Assembly (NCBI RefSeq): GCF_006345805.1 | Contig: NC_043011.1 | Span: 33,864,464 to 33,928,463, forward strand | Length of the DNA: 64,000 bases | Direction: 5' to 3' | From: Octopus sinensis | Lineage: Eukaryota | In this document: in pieces, positions 25,351 through 39,944 of the stretch | Layout of the letters: every line of letters starts with the position of its first letter | Position numbering within the stretch: the stretch's first letter is position 1 | Program-made: the position numbers and the translations under genes | Notes under the pieces: generated by a model | What the model saw: only the letters and a program-made list of their open reading frames with translations | Databases searched by the model: none | What the model was told of the DNA's origin: nothing

Positions 25351-27571
25351 CTCATGCCAAAACACACACACTCATGCATCTGTATGAACGTGCACACACA
25401 TGCATGTATACAAAAACTCATGCGTGTGTGCACACACAAACATGTATGCACACATACATACATACATTCATTTAAGCACATGCACACACAGACACACGCA
25501 CTTATTATCTTTCACTTGTGATTCATGTACTGCAATTCTTACTCTTGGAAATTAGAGGGGCATGAAACCTAAATGGCAATAAATAAATCACATGAAAAGC
25601 ACCAACCGATCGTGGCCATTGCCAGCCTCCCCTGGCACCTGTGCCGGTGGCACGTAAAAAGCAACCACTACAGAGTTGTTGGCGTTAGGATGGGCATCCA
25701 GCCGTGGAAACACTGCCAGATCAGACTGGAGCCTGGTGCAGCCTCCTGGCTTCCCAGACCCCTGTCAAACCGTCCAACCCATGCTAGCATGGAAAACGGT
25801 TTTAAACGATGATGATGATGATGATGATTATACAAGTATTGTGTACTTTCTTCCTCTTTCATTGAGAAGCTAGAACATTTAAACATATGTAATCACACAG
25901 ACACACACACATGTGCATGTGCCAATATATATGTTTGCATCGAAAAAGACAATAGTTTTGCAGGTTATGCAATCAAGTATCTAAAAAAGACCAATCAGAA
26001 TCTGCTAAAGAAACAGCAAAACTACTGCGTCGATGGCTGAAATAAAGTAGCAGGTGTGACATCTATCCTAGCATGATTGTGTGACATGAGATGTGCAGGC
26101 AAGTATGAATGAAACCATACAAAAAACTTGGGAACACATGCAAAATATTATGCCTTAGAATATTTATTGAGATTCACAGAATTTGATGATGAATTAACAA
26201 AAAACAAATTTTTTTAAATCACAAATTAAAATGGTAATAAAGCAAATTAAAATGATTTTGAAATAAATCAAAAATAATCTCAAAGTAGGTTATACTTCTT
26301 CTAATTAAATAATACCATCAAATCATATATTTTCAATGCCTTTATCTTTAACTAACAAATCATATATTACTTTTAGTTTACTTTCAATCTATTTTTCATC
26401 TTTTAATTGTTTCAGTCAGTGGACTGTGGCCATGCTGGGGTACCATCTGTAGGATTTTAGTCAAACCAACCCCCTGTAATGCTTTTCTTTTTTATCTTGT
26501 CCTTATCTATTGTTCTTTTTACTGACCTGTTAAGTTACAGTTGTCAAGTAGTGGTGGTTGTGATGAAGTGACAGAGAGAGAGAGAAATAGTGAGAGAGAC
26601 AAAGAGACACCCACACACACATGATGGACTTTCACACAATTTCCACCAACCAAATTCACTAACAAGGTATCGGTCATCCCAGGGCAATGGTTGAAGACAC
26701 TTGACCAAAGTGCTGTTCACTAGGACTGGACATGAAATGACTAGGTTGCAAAGCAAGCTTCTTAACCACACAGCCACACTGAGACATCATGAACAAGTGT
26801 CAAAACTTCTTTCAAGAATCGTCTGTTTTAGGAATACAAACACAGTAACAAAACACAGGTTGCAAATGCACTTGCTTCCATGAAATCATTTTCATATCAA
26901 GATAAAATATAAACTTTCAAACAGACTCCTTGATGTTCACTGTAGGCATTTGTTTAAACAATGAACAAATCCCTCAATATATTCAGACACCTTTGCAGTG
27001 CAAATATAACGCACAATCTCTGGGTACCTAACTATATGCTGTTATTTGTTTTGCATTTTAAGATTCCAAATCTTCCTCTTATTCAGAGGTAGGGAGTACA
27101 TGCATACAACTTTGAAGTACAGACTGGATCTCAGTTGTTTTCTGTTTCCAAAATGATAATACTAGAGAAGTGAATACAGGCAGGATACAAAAAAAGGTGT
27201 AAAGCTCCTCTAATGGGAGGAAAACTGAGAACAATAGATTAGACTGTTGTGCTAATAGACATCATATTTAATAGACATAAGGCTTGTCAGTCTGCCTTAT
27301 GGTCCCAGTGGACAAAATAGAAAAGGTGTAGCCCTGGAGGATGGCAAGGGAGATGCACTGGACCTGCAGTCACTCTGGCTCATGGGGATTCACACTTATA
27401 GGTAGTCATCTCTGCCTTGATAGCAGTGAGCAGGGATGTAGTCCAGGCATCAAGAACACCACTGCCACAGGCTTGACCACAAATCTATCAGAGAGCAGCA
27501 CACACTCGAGAAATACCAATACTTGTGTTTGAAACAAGCTAATGTTTCTCTGAGGCTTACCCAAAACTTAC

Positions 27572-27589
27572 TTTCATCATTCATAAGCG
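27572..27589 (-). CDS. Weak candidate 18-nt microexon (x-L-M-N-D-E)
   Basis: catacag|CGCTTATGAATGATGAAA|gtaagt. Strong donor, weak acceptor, phase 1-1 and open in the ITSN frame. Confidence 0.2.
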
Positions 27590-28062
27590 CTGTATGCTTA
27601 AGTCAAATGCTGAAATTCAAATTTAAAACGAATCACCGAAGTTCAAATAATTCAAAACATAGACTTCTAGTATGTTTCATCTAAATATCTACAGTTTTAA
27701 TTTGTTTCAAGGTCATTTTAATTTGCTTTGAGATTATTTTAATTTCCTCATATTTGAAAGGTTTACATTGATGCATGGACAGTTATTGAATAGCATTCTA
27801 ACTTTAATCAAGATGCAAAAAGAGGCAAAAATCATAGATTTACACACATACACATGCAATATATCTCATTCTCAAATCAATGACAAAGCTGCTAAGTCTG
27901 TTTCTTAAACATCTTTTTTTTCTTTTATTTCTATATCTCCACTTTACTAGTTCTTCCACCTTGATTCCCTCCAGACATATGGTAAGAAAAAAAAATGTCT
28001 TATAAACAACATAATTTATTACATAATATCGACAGCCTACTATTAATACAACATTCACGTCT

Positions 28063-28285
28063 TTAACCCTTTTGCTACAATTTTTTTTCTGTTGAAATAC
28101 ACAGCTGAATTTTGAAAATAATGAAGAATTTAATCAAATAATTTTGCCATTATTAAAAAAGGGGTTTGAAACATAAATTAACATGAAATTTTGATTAAAA
28201 AATTTTAATTCAGATCGCTTTAAACAGGCAGTTAGTATCATAAAATCAGAGGTGGTTGCAAGTGGGTTGGTATCAAAGGGCTTAA
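28063..28285. mobile_element. TTAA MITE family 2
   Basis: ttaacccttttgctac...gttggtatcaaagggcttaa. Confidence 0.65.
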
Positions 28286-28880
28286 AGTCAACATTTAGGC
28301 AAATAAATCTAGTAAAATCAAGCGTGAATATTTCAACCTAAAAACAATTTCCCCACTGAAATCCTGTTTGGAATTGTGGCTCACAGTGGTTGTTCAATAA
28401 GCTAGAAATAACATTCAAAACTCCTTCAAATCACAACCTACTGTGTTCAGCCAAGCATGATCCTTCTTTCTCAGCCTGACTACACTTTATTTTCCTGTCT
28501 CCTGACTTTCATCTATGTTTTTGCCTCAAAGCTTTCATTCCACATACCAGCTTAACTTAGCTTGTCCTTATTAGTCGAAAGACACCTGTTGTTATTCTCT
28601 TGTTATTTGTATTTGTAACCATTTTCTCATTTTTTTTGTGTGTTGTTGTATATATTCGCTTGCTTTCTTCCAAAAATTTAATGCTCTTCACTTAGATTTT
28701 TTAGGCCTACGAATTTTGAACAGTCTCAAGTGTAATAGGCTGAAACTGTAATGATAATTGGAAGCGTGACTGATGAATAGAGGGCCATGAATGATCTGTC
28801 CTGGGTTTTCCTTGTCTGTCTTTGTATCATCTATCGGTCTGAATGCTTTTATTGTCATTCATTACCTTCTTATTCCGTTT

Positions 28881-28924
<44 letters not shown>

Positions 28925-29104
28925 AAGGCATAAATAATGAGTTTTACATATTTATTTATGCATTTTTCACTCACGGCTGTTTCTGATATGTATTACAAGT
29001 GCTTTCATGGTTCCATTTACTCGATCAGAGTAGCCTGATGTATTTGTATAAACAGAGAGCTTGTGAAGTATTTTGCCCGGATTGATAATCCCTTATTAAT
29101 CACT

Positions 29105-29153
<49 letters not shown>

Positions 29154-32100
29154 GTATACTTCCATGTTTGTGTGGGTCAGATGGAATTTGTTGAAGCAGA
29201 TATTCTACACTCAGATGCCTTCCCTGTCACCAACCCTCCCCCGTTTCCAAGTAAGGTAATATTTTCCCATGACCAGACATGTTTTCATGGAAGATTGGGA
29301 ATGAGAGACACCACTTGCATGATGGTGACACACGCTTACAAATATTAAGCAATGCCAAGGAGAAAGCAAAACACACACACACACAAATATGCCATGTTTC
29401 TTTCAGTTTCCATCTACCTAATCTACTCACAAGGCTTTAGTTGGCCCAAGGTGGTGCATTGTACAACTGAACCCAAAACCATGTGGTTGGAAAGCAAACT
29501 TCTTAACCACACAGCCATGACTTTTGTCTTTCAATGACATTTTCATATCTTTATACATCTACATTATATATAAAGTAAACATTGGATAAAACAGTCTTTG
29601 ATGATAATAAAACTGTTTGAATAAAAGATAAGATTGGTCGTGTCATGAACACTGGAATGAATTCTCTATAATCTAGTATACTCCACCTACAGCTACGTCT
29701 ACCTTCTTTTCTCCATGACCAACCAATAATGTAGGAGTGATCAATAAAGCTTTGTAGATGAGCATCAGTGTAAATAAAACAATGAGCAGATATGACATCA
29801 ATTGCCACAAGGATTATTTCAAATGCACAACAATTTCCTCCTCTACTGTCTTCCACAGCTTCGTATGACATGCAGCCTAGTTGACAATCCACAACAGAGC
29901 AACAATGTTCAATGCTCTTTTTTTTATTTTCCTATGTTTCTTATATCTGCACCCCACCACCACCACCACCATCAACACTACCACTGCCACTATCATCACC
30001 AACATCGTCATCTGATTCGATTTTCACTTTCATTAAGAAATCGCACCTATCACTTTATTTACTTGTATGCTTTATGAATAAAATACTTCTGCAAGGGGGA
30101 GTCTATGTAATCATTCCGCCGGCTAAAAATAGCAACCAAATCTCCTCTAAATACTACAAACACAACCTAATATTTTAATATAAAGGAACAGTAAGATGGA
30201 GGCATAGCTGTGTGGTTCAAAATTTGCTCCCCGACCATGTGGTCTTGGAGTCATTCCCACTGCATGGCACCTTGGGTGTCTTCTACTATAGCACAGGGTC
30301 CACCAAAGCCTTGTGGGTGGATGTGGTGACAGAAACTGAAAAGAAACCGCATGTGTGTGCATGTACACACATACCCTTGCCCTAACATCAAATGATGGTT
30401 GTAAATGAGCATCACTGTCATACAAGCATGGCTGTTCATTTCCAGTTTCCTATGAGAAATATGTCCGGCCATATAGAAATATTACCTTGCTTGGAAACAG
30501 GAGAGTGTTGGCAACAGAAAGGCATCCCAGCTCTAAAAAAGTCTGCCACAACAAATTTCATCTGACCTGTGCAAGCATGGAAAACTGGATGTTAAATGAT
30601 GAGTTGATGATGTATATACATATATAAAAGTGGAATGGTCATGGTTGGAAAGCTTTAGATCATAGGTCTGATTGGCTATGGTTGATTTAAGACCTGACAA
30701 TAATTTCACGACAACCAAGTACACAACAATTTTGACTGCCTCCACATACTTCACGACCCATCTGTCTGCTTTTAGTCACCCTGCTAAATCTGGTGTTGCT
30801 ATATAGCCCCAGGTCAATCCTGATCAAGCAGATCTATGACCAAAGAAATTCCAACCACGACCACCCCATCTTTTCAGGAGTAGTTGAATTATGGTCCTTG
30901 TTTCCCTTCCCTGATCTCTTTACAGTTAGAAAAATCAGAATACATATAGAAGAAAAAAAAAAACAGGTGACTTTGTTCTTAAATTAGTTATATCATCTTA
31001 CACACATTTCATTAATAATAATATTCATCATGTAAGGAAAATCTTATAGGTAGATTACCTTATCAAATCAATAGAGATTGCATAATACACTTAAAATCAC
31101 CTTTATGATTTATAATGGACTCCAGACAGTATATATAACTACAGTATATAATTAATGTATACAAATATATATTCTGAATATGTATAAGTAATGACTTCAC
31201 ATTTTACAGCTAATATTGTGTTGGTTTTTTTCTTTCTTATCCCTGAGGATAATTTAATTATTATCCCTGAGATAATTTAAGTATTATCTTTGTAGCTGAA
31301 TGAAGCTGTGTCAAAAATATCTTAGTTTTATTTTTCTCTCTCCTTCCTAACTTAAACTGATGAATGGAAAGAATATGTATTTTAGTTTCCTGGTCACTTC
31401 AAAACACATCCATCTACCCAAGCGTTATATTAACTAAGCAGACACCCCAATGAATGTGCGTGCATGTGAGTGAGAGAGAGAGAGGGGAGAGAGGGGAGAG
31501 AGACAGAGAGATAGTGATTTCAAGAGTTCAATGTCATTTTAGAATTTTTTTTTTTCTTTTGGCAAATTAGATACATTAAGCTCAGAACTTAAATTTCACT
31601 GATTCACTAATCAAACATTGATCTCCAATGAAAGAAATTTCTAAAAATCTTACTAATATAAATATTTGTTTGAACCCTTGCTATTTAAGACACAGATTTC
31701 TCTTTTTTTCTTCCTTTTCTTTTTTTTTCTTTTGTTTTTTTGGTGTGTGAATGAGTGTTGAAATGAAAATGCCTTCACACCATAATCAAGTTACAGGGTC
31801 AGCACAAAGATGCTTTTTTCTTCATATAGCAAGACAAAAGAAAATTCAGCCAGACTGATTAAACCCATTTTACAAGCCACTTTCTTACAGCTGGAAAACA
31901 TGAAGCAGGTGAAAAGTACATGAATAAATGAAGAACAAAACTTTCATTACAGATCTGAGCTATCAATGGTGCCCCAGCATGGCCACAGTCCAACAACTGA
32001 GACAAGAAGAGTAAACACTAGGTTTACTTTGCTCAACCAGAGCAAACCTGGGGTAAAAAAAAAATAATCAACGCCATTATACATTATGGTATACTATAAA

Positions 32101-32201
32101 AATACTTCTAAAAATTATTCTTCCAAGCTAGGAATGGGAGCTGGGCATATCTGACTCAGACATTGAAAAAATGTGAAAGAATCATGTCAGGTTTCGTTAT
32201 T

Positions 32202-32296
32202 TCAAACATTATACATTACAGATGTTGTAAATGCAATAATGGTCTGTATGTATCTGAAGAACACTTTAGATCTTTTGTCGGAAGTTGATGGAGTTT
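32202..32296 (-). CDS. Candidate alternative terminal exon B of intersectin
   Basis: Strong acceptor ttcattatattttgttcag|AA. With the microexon reads KTPSTSDKRSKVFFRYIQTIIAFTTSVMYNV*; without it T|AA is a stop. Confidence 0.3.
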
Positions 32297-32560
32297 CTGA
32301 ACAAAATATAATGAAATTAAAGAGTGCTGTGTATTTGTACGTGTGTGCATGCACAAGTGTCTGTGAGAAAGTTGGATTAAGGACCAATCCAGAAAAACAC
32401 ACTACTTGATATCAAAACTTGAGATGCTTAAAATGTCTGTAAGAGGCAGCAGAACTGAAGAACAGTCATCAAAGAGAGAGAGAGAAAGAGTGAGAGAGTG
32501 AGTGTGAATGTATGTGTGTGTTTATGTGTGTGTGTGTGGATATATTGCATGGAAGTTGGA

Positions 32561-32790
32561 TTAACCATTTCATTACTATATTTCTATGGAAATACACTGC
32601 CCTTGTTTCAATTAATTTTGAAAATGATGACGAAAAAATTAGTAAAAATAACTGTCATTATGAGCTAGTGTTTGAAACTTAAATTATGAAATTTATATGA
32701 AAGGTTTTTAAATCCAGATCACTTTAAAACAGGAAGTTTTTATCATAGAACCAGGGGTGGTCTCAGGTGGGTTGATATCAAAAGGATTAA
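32561..32790. mobile_element. TTAA MITE family 2
   Basis: ttaaccatttcattac...gttgatatcaaaaggattaa. Confidence 0.65.
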
Positions 32791-33050
32791 GGATCACTCC
32801 AATCCAGAAAAAAACATACTAATTCTTCTCTACTTCATACAGAAACTTGAAACTTTTATAAGAGCCAGAAGAATTAAAGAACCGGTGAAGAAAAAAAAAT
32901 ATATTGTGGTGCATGTGCATATGTATGTGTGTGTATAAAGAAGAAAAGCTATAAAGAGAGAGGGGAGGAAGACACATCCATTAAAGGCGAACTTTAATTT
33001 TAGTTTTAAATAGTAGACAATACACAATGGAATTATTACGAAGGCCATTT

Positions 33051-33279
33051 CAACCTTTAAGCATTTAAACTGGCCATGTCTAACCCAAAATATTCTAGCC
33101 AGTTTTACATGCAAACTGACTTGATCCGACCTCTCACACCTACCATACAATGTCACTCTAAAAATAAACAATCAGATCACTGAAGCTTCGAAGCTACAAG
33201 ATAATGCATGATTAATTCAAAACAATGTGAATAAATAACCATTACATTTGACAAAGTAATTTGAATGTCAAATGGTTAA
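33051..33279. mobile_element. TTAA-flanked MITE family 1
   Basis: ctttaagcatttaaactggcc...gtaatttgaatgtcaaatggttaa. Confidence 0.65.
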
Positions 33280-34499
33280 CCAAAGCCAACAGGTTAAGCA
33301 GTGGAGATAGAATGAGGAATAGGAGTGCCTCAAAATAGGAGTGTCTCAAAAGACTAATAAAATTGTCCTTCTATATTTATTCCACATCAGTTTCTCTTTG
33401 AAGGCACCACCATCAATCACTTACTATCAACACCTTGATCCCAATATATTACACCCATTTTCAAGATGCTGAGAAGTAGAATGTGACGGAAATTTCTCAC
33501 AGCAGAATTGACACCAGTGCTGGTGCCACATAAAAAGCACCCAGTACACTCTGTGGAGGGATTGGCACTAGGCATCCAACCACAGACACAATGCCAGAAT
33601 AGACAATAGAGCCTGGTGCAGCCCCTAGCCTTTCCAGCTCCAGTCAAGCTGTCCTCCTCATGCCAGCATGGAAAGCAGACATTAAATGATGATGATGATG
33701 ACGATATAGCAACTGTATCAAAGCTCACAATATATTGCTGTATTTTGAAGTGAGCAATGTGGTCTTCAGCCAAGCGAAGACATGGTATAACGAGAAAATT
33801 AGATGGTGGTGTGGAGTTTCATGCCTGAAAATGATGAACTAGTGTTCAACCTGCATCAGTTCTTATCTTAGAAACAGGGTTTCTAGTTTCAAGAAAGAAA
33901 CAAAGAACCCTTTCAGTTCTGAAGAAAATTACCATCCCTCAGGCCATTGCAAAAGCTTTGATGTAGTTGCTTATTACTCAAGGCAAATTTCATGATGGAG
34001 AAAAAATATACAGAGAATTGAATAAATTATAATATATTATGTGAAAACATGTAGCCTAGTGGTTAGGGGATTGTACTCATGATCACAAGATCATGGTTTC
34101 AATTCCCATAGAAGGTGTATGTTGTGTTCTTGAGCAAAACATGTGGTTATATATTGGTGACCTTGCAATGGACTGCAATGCAATTTCGTAGTGGGAGAAT
34201 GTTGACCTTCCTGCCTAGCCAGCAGGGTGGCATCATTCAAACACTAAAACAATGCAAGGAAGTACATTGTGACAAGCAGTGTGTAACAACACCCAACAAT
34301 CGGACAATACAGTAATAATAAATTATGGACAGACTTAGCCCAGCAGATTTAGAAAGCAAAGTTGGTCTGGTGTGAAACCTATCAGCTTTTAAAATAAGAG
34401 CCACTGTTTTAAGAACCTAGTTTTGAAGATATGTAAAAATTGATAATGAGAAAGTCATTAGTAGAAGTCAAATTTAACTCTTAACTCTGAGACAAAAAT

Positions 34500-34960
34500 A
34501 TACAAACTTCTCATAACTGTGTGGCAGTGTAGTGTGGATGTTATCCAAGAAGAGCTGATTATTGAACAACACAAAATTTCTATTTATAAACCATTTTATA
34601 TGTCTAACAAAAGAGTATGATTTCTACAAGAATATAATATTGCGTGAGCAGCAGAGAAAGCTGGAAACAATGGGAATGACAATAGTTTGGTGGGTGAGCA
34701 GATGACTGCTGAAAAAAAAAAAAAGAAGATAAACAATGAAATGCAGAGGATGATAGGAATTGATGAATGTTGCAAAGAGAAATAGGATGAAATGGCTGAG
34801 TCATGTGCTAAAGAAGGGTGGACTGATGTAAATTAATGTGGAAGGAAGTAGAGAAAGGAGAAGCATGAAAATGTTTGGCTACAGATGATGTAGGGGGAAA
34901 TGAGGGCTAAGGGTTGGTGAGGAGCATGTAGCCGATCAAACAAAAGGGAGGCTTGTAAAG
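34500..34960 (+). mobile_element. Degenerate RTE-type LINE 3' fragment
   Basis: RMKWLSHVLKK...NVEGSRERR resembles RLRWFGHVxR...VEGxRxRGRP. Confidence 0.5.
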
Positions 34961-35574
34961 CTAATCACTGGTTTAACAAAGGAAATGGCTTAAAAATGTT
35001 TCTCATTGTTTGTCATGTAAATGAAGAACCACATGAGAATAGCCCACATAAGCAGAGTAACATATGATTGCAGTACTACATGAGTATAGAACGTTAATAC
35101 ACATCATCATTTAACATTCACTTTTCCATGCTGGTGTGGGTCTGAGGCCCTTTCTCCCACTGACCCTTACCTGTTTCCAAGTCAGGTAATATTTTCCATG
35201 GCCAAACACAAGAAAATGGAAATGAACAACACTGCTTGAATAATGGTGATGCTCACTCACAATCATCACATGATGTCAAGACAACGATATGCACAAACAT
35301 ACAATGGGCTTCTTTCAGTTTCCAACTACAGCTTTGATTAGTCCAGGGCTACAGTAAAAGACCCTTGCCCAAGGTGCCTCAGTGGGACTGAGCCCGAAAC
35401 CACATGGTTGGGAACAAGCTCCTTAGCCACACAGCCACGTCTACACTAATATAACTGTGTATATGTACTATCATACGATTACGGTGCCACATGAATACAG
35501 GACCACATAAATATGGTACCACATGATTATAGTAACACATGAGTACCCTACAGGCATATGGCATATAGTACAAA

Positions 35575-36105
35575 AGTAAAGTTTCTTCCCAAGTTATATA
35601 GACTCATAGGGCCAGTTTCCCAGTTTCTGTGGCGTATATATTCCCCCACCTGGACGGGACGCAAGGCCATCGAAGGATTGCTCATTTTTTTCACTTGAGT
35701 GAACTGGAACAACATGAAATAAGTATTTTGCACAAGAACACAATGCACTGCCTGGTCCAGGAATTGAAGCCATAATCTTACGATCATGAGTCCAACACCC
35801 TAACTACTAAGCAATGTGCCTCCACATATGGCATACAGTAAAACTAACATAAAGGTTACCTTCTCAAGTCACACTGCCTCACAAGGGCTGGTTTCCTGCT
35901 TTCCATGGTGAATAAATTACCCACCTGGATGGGACGCCAGTCTGCCACAGGATTAATTGTTTTTGCCAGCTGACTGGACTGGAGCATCATTAAGTGAAGT
36001 GTTTTCCCCAAGAATACAATGCATCACTCAGTCCAGGAATTGAAACCACAATCTTACAATTATGAGCTCAACACCCTGACCACTAAGCCACGTGCCTCTA
36101 CATAT
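35575..36105 (-). mobile_element. Two tandem family-C variant SINEs with a V-domain-like segment
   Basis: Both carry tRNA heads and (G)GCGTCCC(G/A)TCCAGGTGGG. Related copies at about 13070-13320, 20600-20830 and 34050-34300. Confidence 0.75.
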
Positions 36106-36814
36106 GGAATATAAAACCACATGAATTACAGAACTACATAAAACAAGATAGGCAACACAGTCAACAGGTTTTTGATAACTAGCGTTCATTAACCATTAAG
36201 CATAATGACAGTCTAACAAAAATTCTGAAGAGTGTAAATTCTCAAACTGAAGAAATGAATTCTTAAAGAGACAGATTTCAAGCTACATGTTGCAGAATTT
36301 TGAAAATGATAACATTAAGTCTTACAAATTAATTCTTAAAAATCACAATACTTCGAATCCCATTAAATGCTTCAGACTGATAAATAAATAAATAAATAAA
36401 TAAATAAACAAGCAAATTAGTAATTATACATGAAATGCTTAATTGTCTTTATCTATTTAATAGCCCTCGATCCTGCTAAGTTCAATAAAACTTCACTTCA
36501 TAAATAGTACACCAGCTTCCATAATTGCTATTTAATAACCAAAATTGCCGTTATTAAACAGGACAAATTAAGCTCAAGAACAACAATAAAAAACTGCAAT
36601 ACAACAGCCATATCAGGTGTAATGAAAGAATGATATAACAAGCTTCTTAAAAATAATATATTTTGATGAAGACTGTAATGGAGTGATTTAACATTTCTTA
36701 ATGAATCAAGTCATTTATAGATAATCTTGGAAAATGGCTTCCATAACTTCCAGATATTCTCTTCAATAAGTTACGTCTCTCAGCTACTTCAGTATGTGGG
36801 AGATGATAACAATT

Positions 36815-37078
36815 ATATATATATATATCTATATATACTCACAAACATATATATATACATACATACATATGTATATATACATACACACACACATATATAT
36901 ATACATACATACACATATATATACATACATGCACACACATATATATACATACATACATATATACATACACACATATATATACATACATATATACACACAC
37001 ATATACATACACACACACATATACATACACACACACATATACATACACACACACACATATACACACACACATATATAT

Positions 37079-37123
<45 letters not shown>

Positions 37124-37190
37124 CATACACACACACACATATATATATACACACACACACACACACATTCACATATATACACACAGACAT
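36815..37190. repeat. Long compound (TA)/(CA) microsatellite
   Basis: About 375 bp of interleaved TA and CA repeats; source of five spurious ORFs. Similar tracts at 22990-23322 and 37790-38035. Confidence 0.95.
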
Positions 37191-37643
37191 AGAAAATCAT
37201 GTTCTGTAACTTAAAATAACTTATATAATTAAATTTAATAATAAATAAATTACTTACATGTCTGCGTTAATGCAAAGAGCAAAAAATCCTTCAAAATGAT
37301 GCAGAATTTTTCACAAAGACTTTCTTTCACTTCAGGCCATAGCTTAAATCCTGCATTATTCTGAAGGACTTTTTGCATTTTCCATTAATACAGGCATATA
37401 AGTAATTTATTTAATTAACTAAATATAATACAAATTAGTTACATGCTTTTAAGTTACAAAACAATTTGTCACGATATAGAATTTTCTTATTGTTAAATAA
37501 AATTTCATCAAACCGTTTCTCTGTCATTTATGGCTCTATACACTCATTGTTTTCTCATGTAGTGTACTATATATTCTATATGTTTTGTAGAATGATACAT
37601 TAAGTTATTTTTTTCTTCTTTATGAGTACTATTGGATTACTTG

Positions 37644-37686
<43 letters not shown>

Positions 37687-38399
37687 CACACACACACACA
37701 CACATGTACACACAGAAATTTATCTCTCTCTTTCTCTCCATATATAAGTTACATCTCTAAGCTACTTCAGTATGTGGTAGATGATAATTATATATATATA
37801 TATACATACATATATATATATACATACACACACACATAAATATATACATACATACACACATATATATATACATACATAAACACATATATATACATACACA
37901 CACACATATATATACATACACACACACATATATATACATACACACACACACATATATATACATACACACACACACATATATATATATACACACACACATA
38001 TATATATATATATACACACATATATACATACACATACCACTCTCGGAGTGGTTGGCGTTAGGAAGAGCATCCAGTTGTAGAAACACTGCCAGATCTGACT
38101 GGCCTAGTGCAGCCTTCGGGCTCCCCAGACCCCAGTTGAACCGTCCAACCCATGCTAGCATGGAAAGCGGACGTTAAACGATGATGATGATGATGATATA
38201 TATATACACATACATAAAATCATGTTCTGTAACTCCATATATAATAATACAATATTGTAAATATAGGTGGACATTGATGCACTGTACAACTTCATCATGC
38301 CACCCATTTCCTAACAAATTCACATGACCAGAACAAGCTAATGGATACTACTGGCTAATACTTAAAACAGTTAACTTCATTTAATTATTACATGTCCAG

Positions 38400-38790
38400 C
38401 ATAGGCTGTGTGGTAAGAAGTTTGCTTCCCAACCACAAGGTTCCAAGATCAGTCCCACTGTGTGGCACACTGGGCCAGTGTCTTTTACTATAGTCTCAAG
38501 CTGACAAAAGCATTGTGAGTGCATTTCACAGAAACTGAAAGAGGCCCGTCATATATATGTGTATGTGTGTGTGCCTTCATTTCTGTGTTTGTCCCCCACT
38601 GCCACTTCTTGACAACCAGTATTGGTGTGTTTACATCCCTGTAAGTTAGTGGTTCAGCAAAAGAGACCAACAAGATAAATACCAAGCTTGAAATAAAAAT
38701 AAGCACTGGTGTTGATCCACTCAACTAAAAGATTCTTGAAAGCGGTGCCTCTGCATGGCCACAGTCTAAAAACTGAAGCAAGTGAAAGGC
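38400..38790 (+). mobile_element. SINE family B, full length
   Basis: ggctgtgtggtaagaagtttgcttccc...catggccacagtctaaaaactgaagcaagt. Confidence 0.8.
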
Positions 38791-39254
38791 AAAAAGATAT
38801 ATCTTTCTGAGAGACACAAATTTGCGAGGTGGTTCCCATTTGAGAGTTTTAGAACAGGTACATCCCATCTCTGTGTGTTGAAAATGTTAGTGACAAGAAG
38901 GGTATTCCACTGTAAAACACTCACTCAGAAAAATTAAGCCATGCTAGCATGGAGATGCAAACTAGAGACAGTGAGGAATGCTACTGAATGTTAATTATTA
39001 TACGCTTATCTCAAATTATTTCCTAAGCTTCATGACAAGTTGTGTACATAATTTGTAATCTGTCAACTCTGATTTATACTCTAACAATTTCCAAATTTTA
39101 ACACTTTAAATCATTGTAACAGTTGATTCCAATGTCAATAAATCATTGTCTTTTTTTAAACCTATTTCTTTGAAAGAAACAGAAATATTAATGAACATGC
39201 CACTTTTTCGTTTTTTCTGACCAAAATGGTTTTCAGTCAATTTTTCTTCAACAT

Positions 39255-39487
39255 ACGTTTCTTTACTACCCACAAGGGGCTAAACATAGAGGGGACAAAC
39301 AAGGACAGACACACAGATTAAGTCGATTACATCGACCCCAGTGCGTAACTGGTACTTAATTTATCGACCCCGAAAGGATGAAAAGCCAAGTCGACCTCAG
39401 CGGAATTTGAACTCAGAATGTAGCAACGGGCGAAATACCGCGAAGCACTTCGCCCGGCGTGCTAACGTCTCTGCCAGCTCACCACCT
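39255..39487 (-). mobile_element. SINE family A, young copy
   Basis: Same head, body and tail as 1525-1742. Confidence 0.85.
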
Positions 39488-39592
39488 ATCTGCAACATAC
39501 ATTCTAACATACATACCCAGATGCATGTGTCTCTACATACGCACAAATGTACACACACACATAGCTTTATCTACTTCAAGTTCTGTTCACCA

Positions 39593-39820
39593 TTAATCTT
39601 TTAAGATTTAAATTGGCCATATCCAGCTGAAATATTTTACCAGTTTTATGTTCACACTGGCTAAATCTGGCCTCTCACACCTACTCTACAATGTCATACT
39701 AAAAATAAACAATCAAATTATCAAAATTTTGAAGCTATGAGATAATGCGTGATTAATTCAAAACAATGTGAATGAACAAGCATTGCATTTGATAAAGTAA
39801 TCTGAATGCTAAGGGATTAA
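39593..39820. mobile_element. TTAA-flanked MITE family 1
   Basis: ttaatcttttaagatttaaattggcc...tctgaatgctaagggattaa. Confidence 0.65.
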
Positions 39821-39944
39821 AAAGGATTTATTTCATATTTTTATAGTGTAAACAGCATACAATTGATGTTGATAAGAACGAAGCTTAAGAAGAAAAAATT
39901 TTTGAAGCTTGCTTTGGTGTAATAGTAGAATAATACAGTTCAAT

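Noticed and set aside
25543-25568. 26-nt ag/gtaaga-bounded segment as a poison microexon (xFMPL*)
   Set aside because: Contains an in-frame stop, breaks frame and abuts a repeat; expected by chance in a 44-kb intron.
36727-37209. Longest ORFs in the track (160, 132, 125, 123 aa) and similar HT/YI/VC-repeat ORFs elsewhere
   Set aside because: Translations of (TA)n/(CA)n microsatellites with no protein signal.
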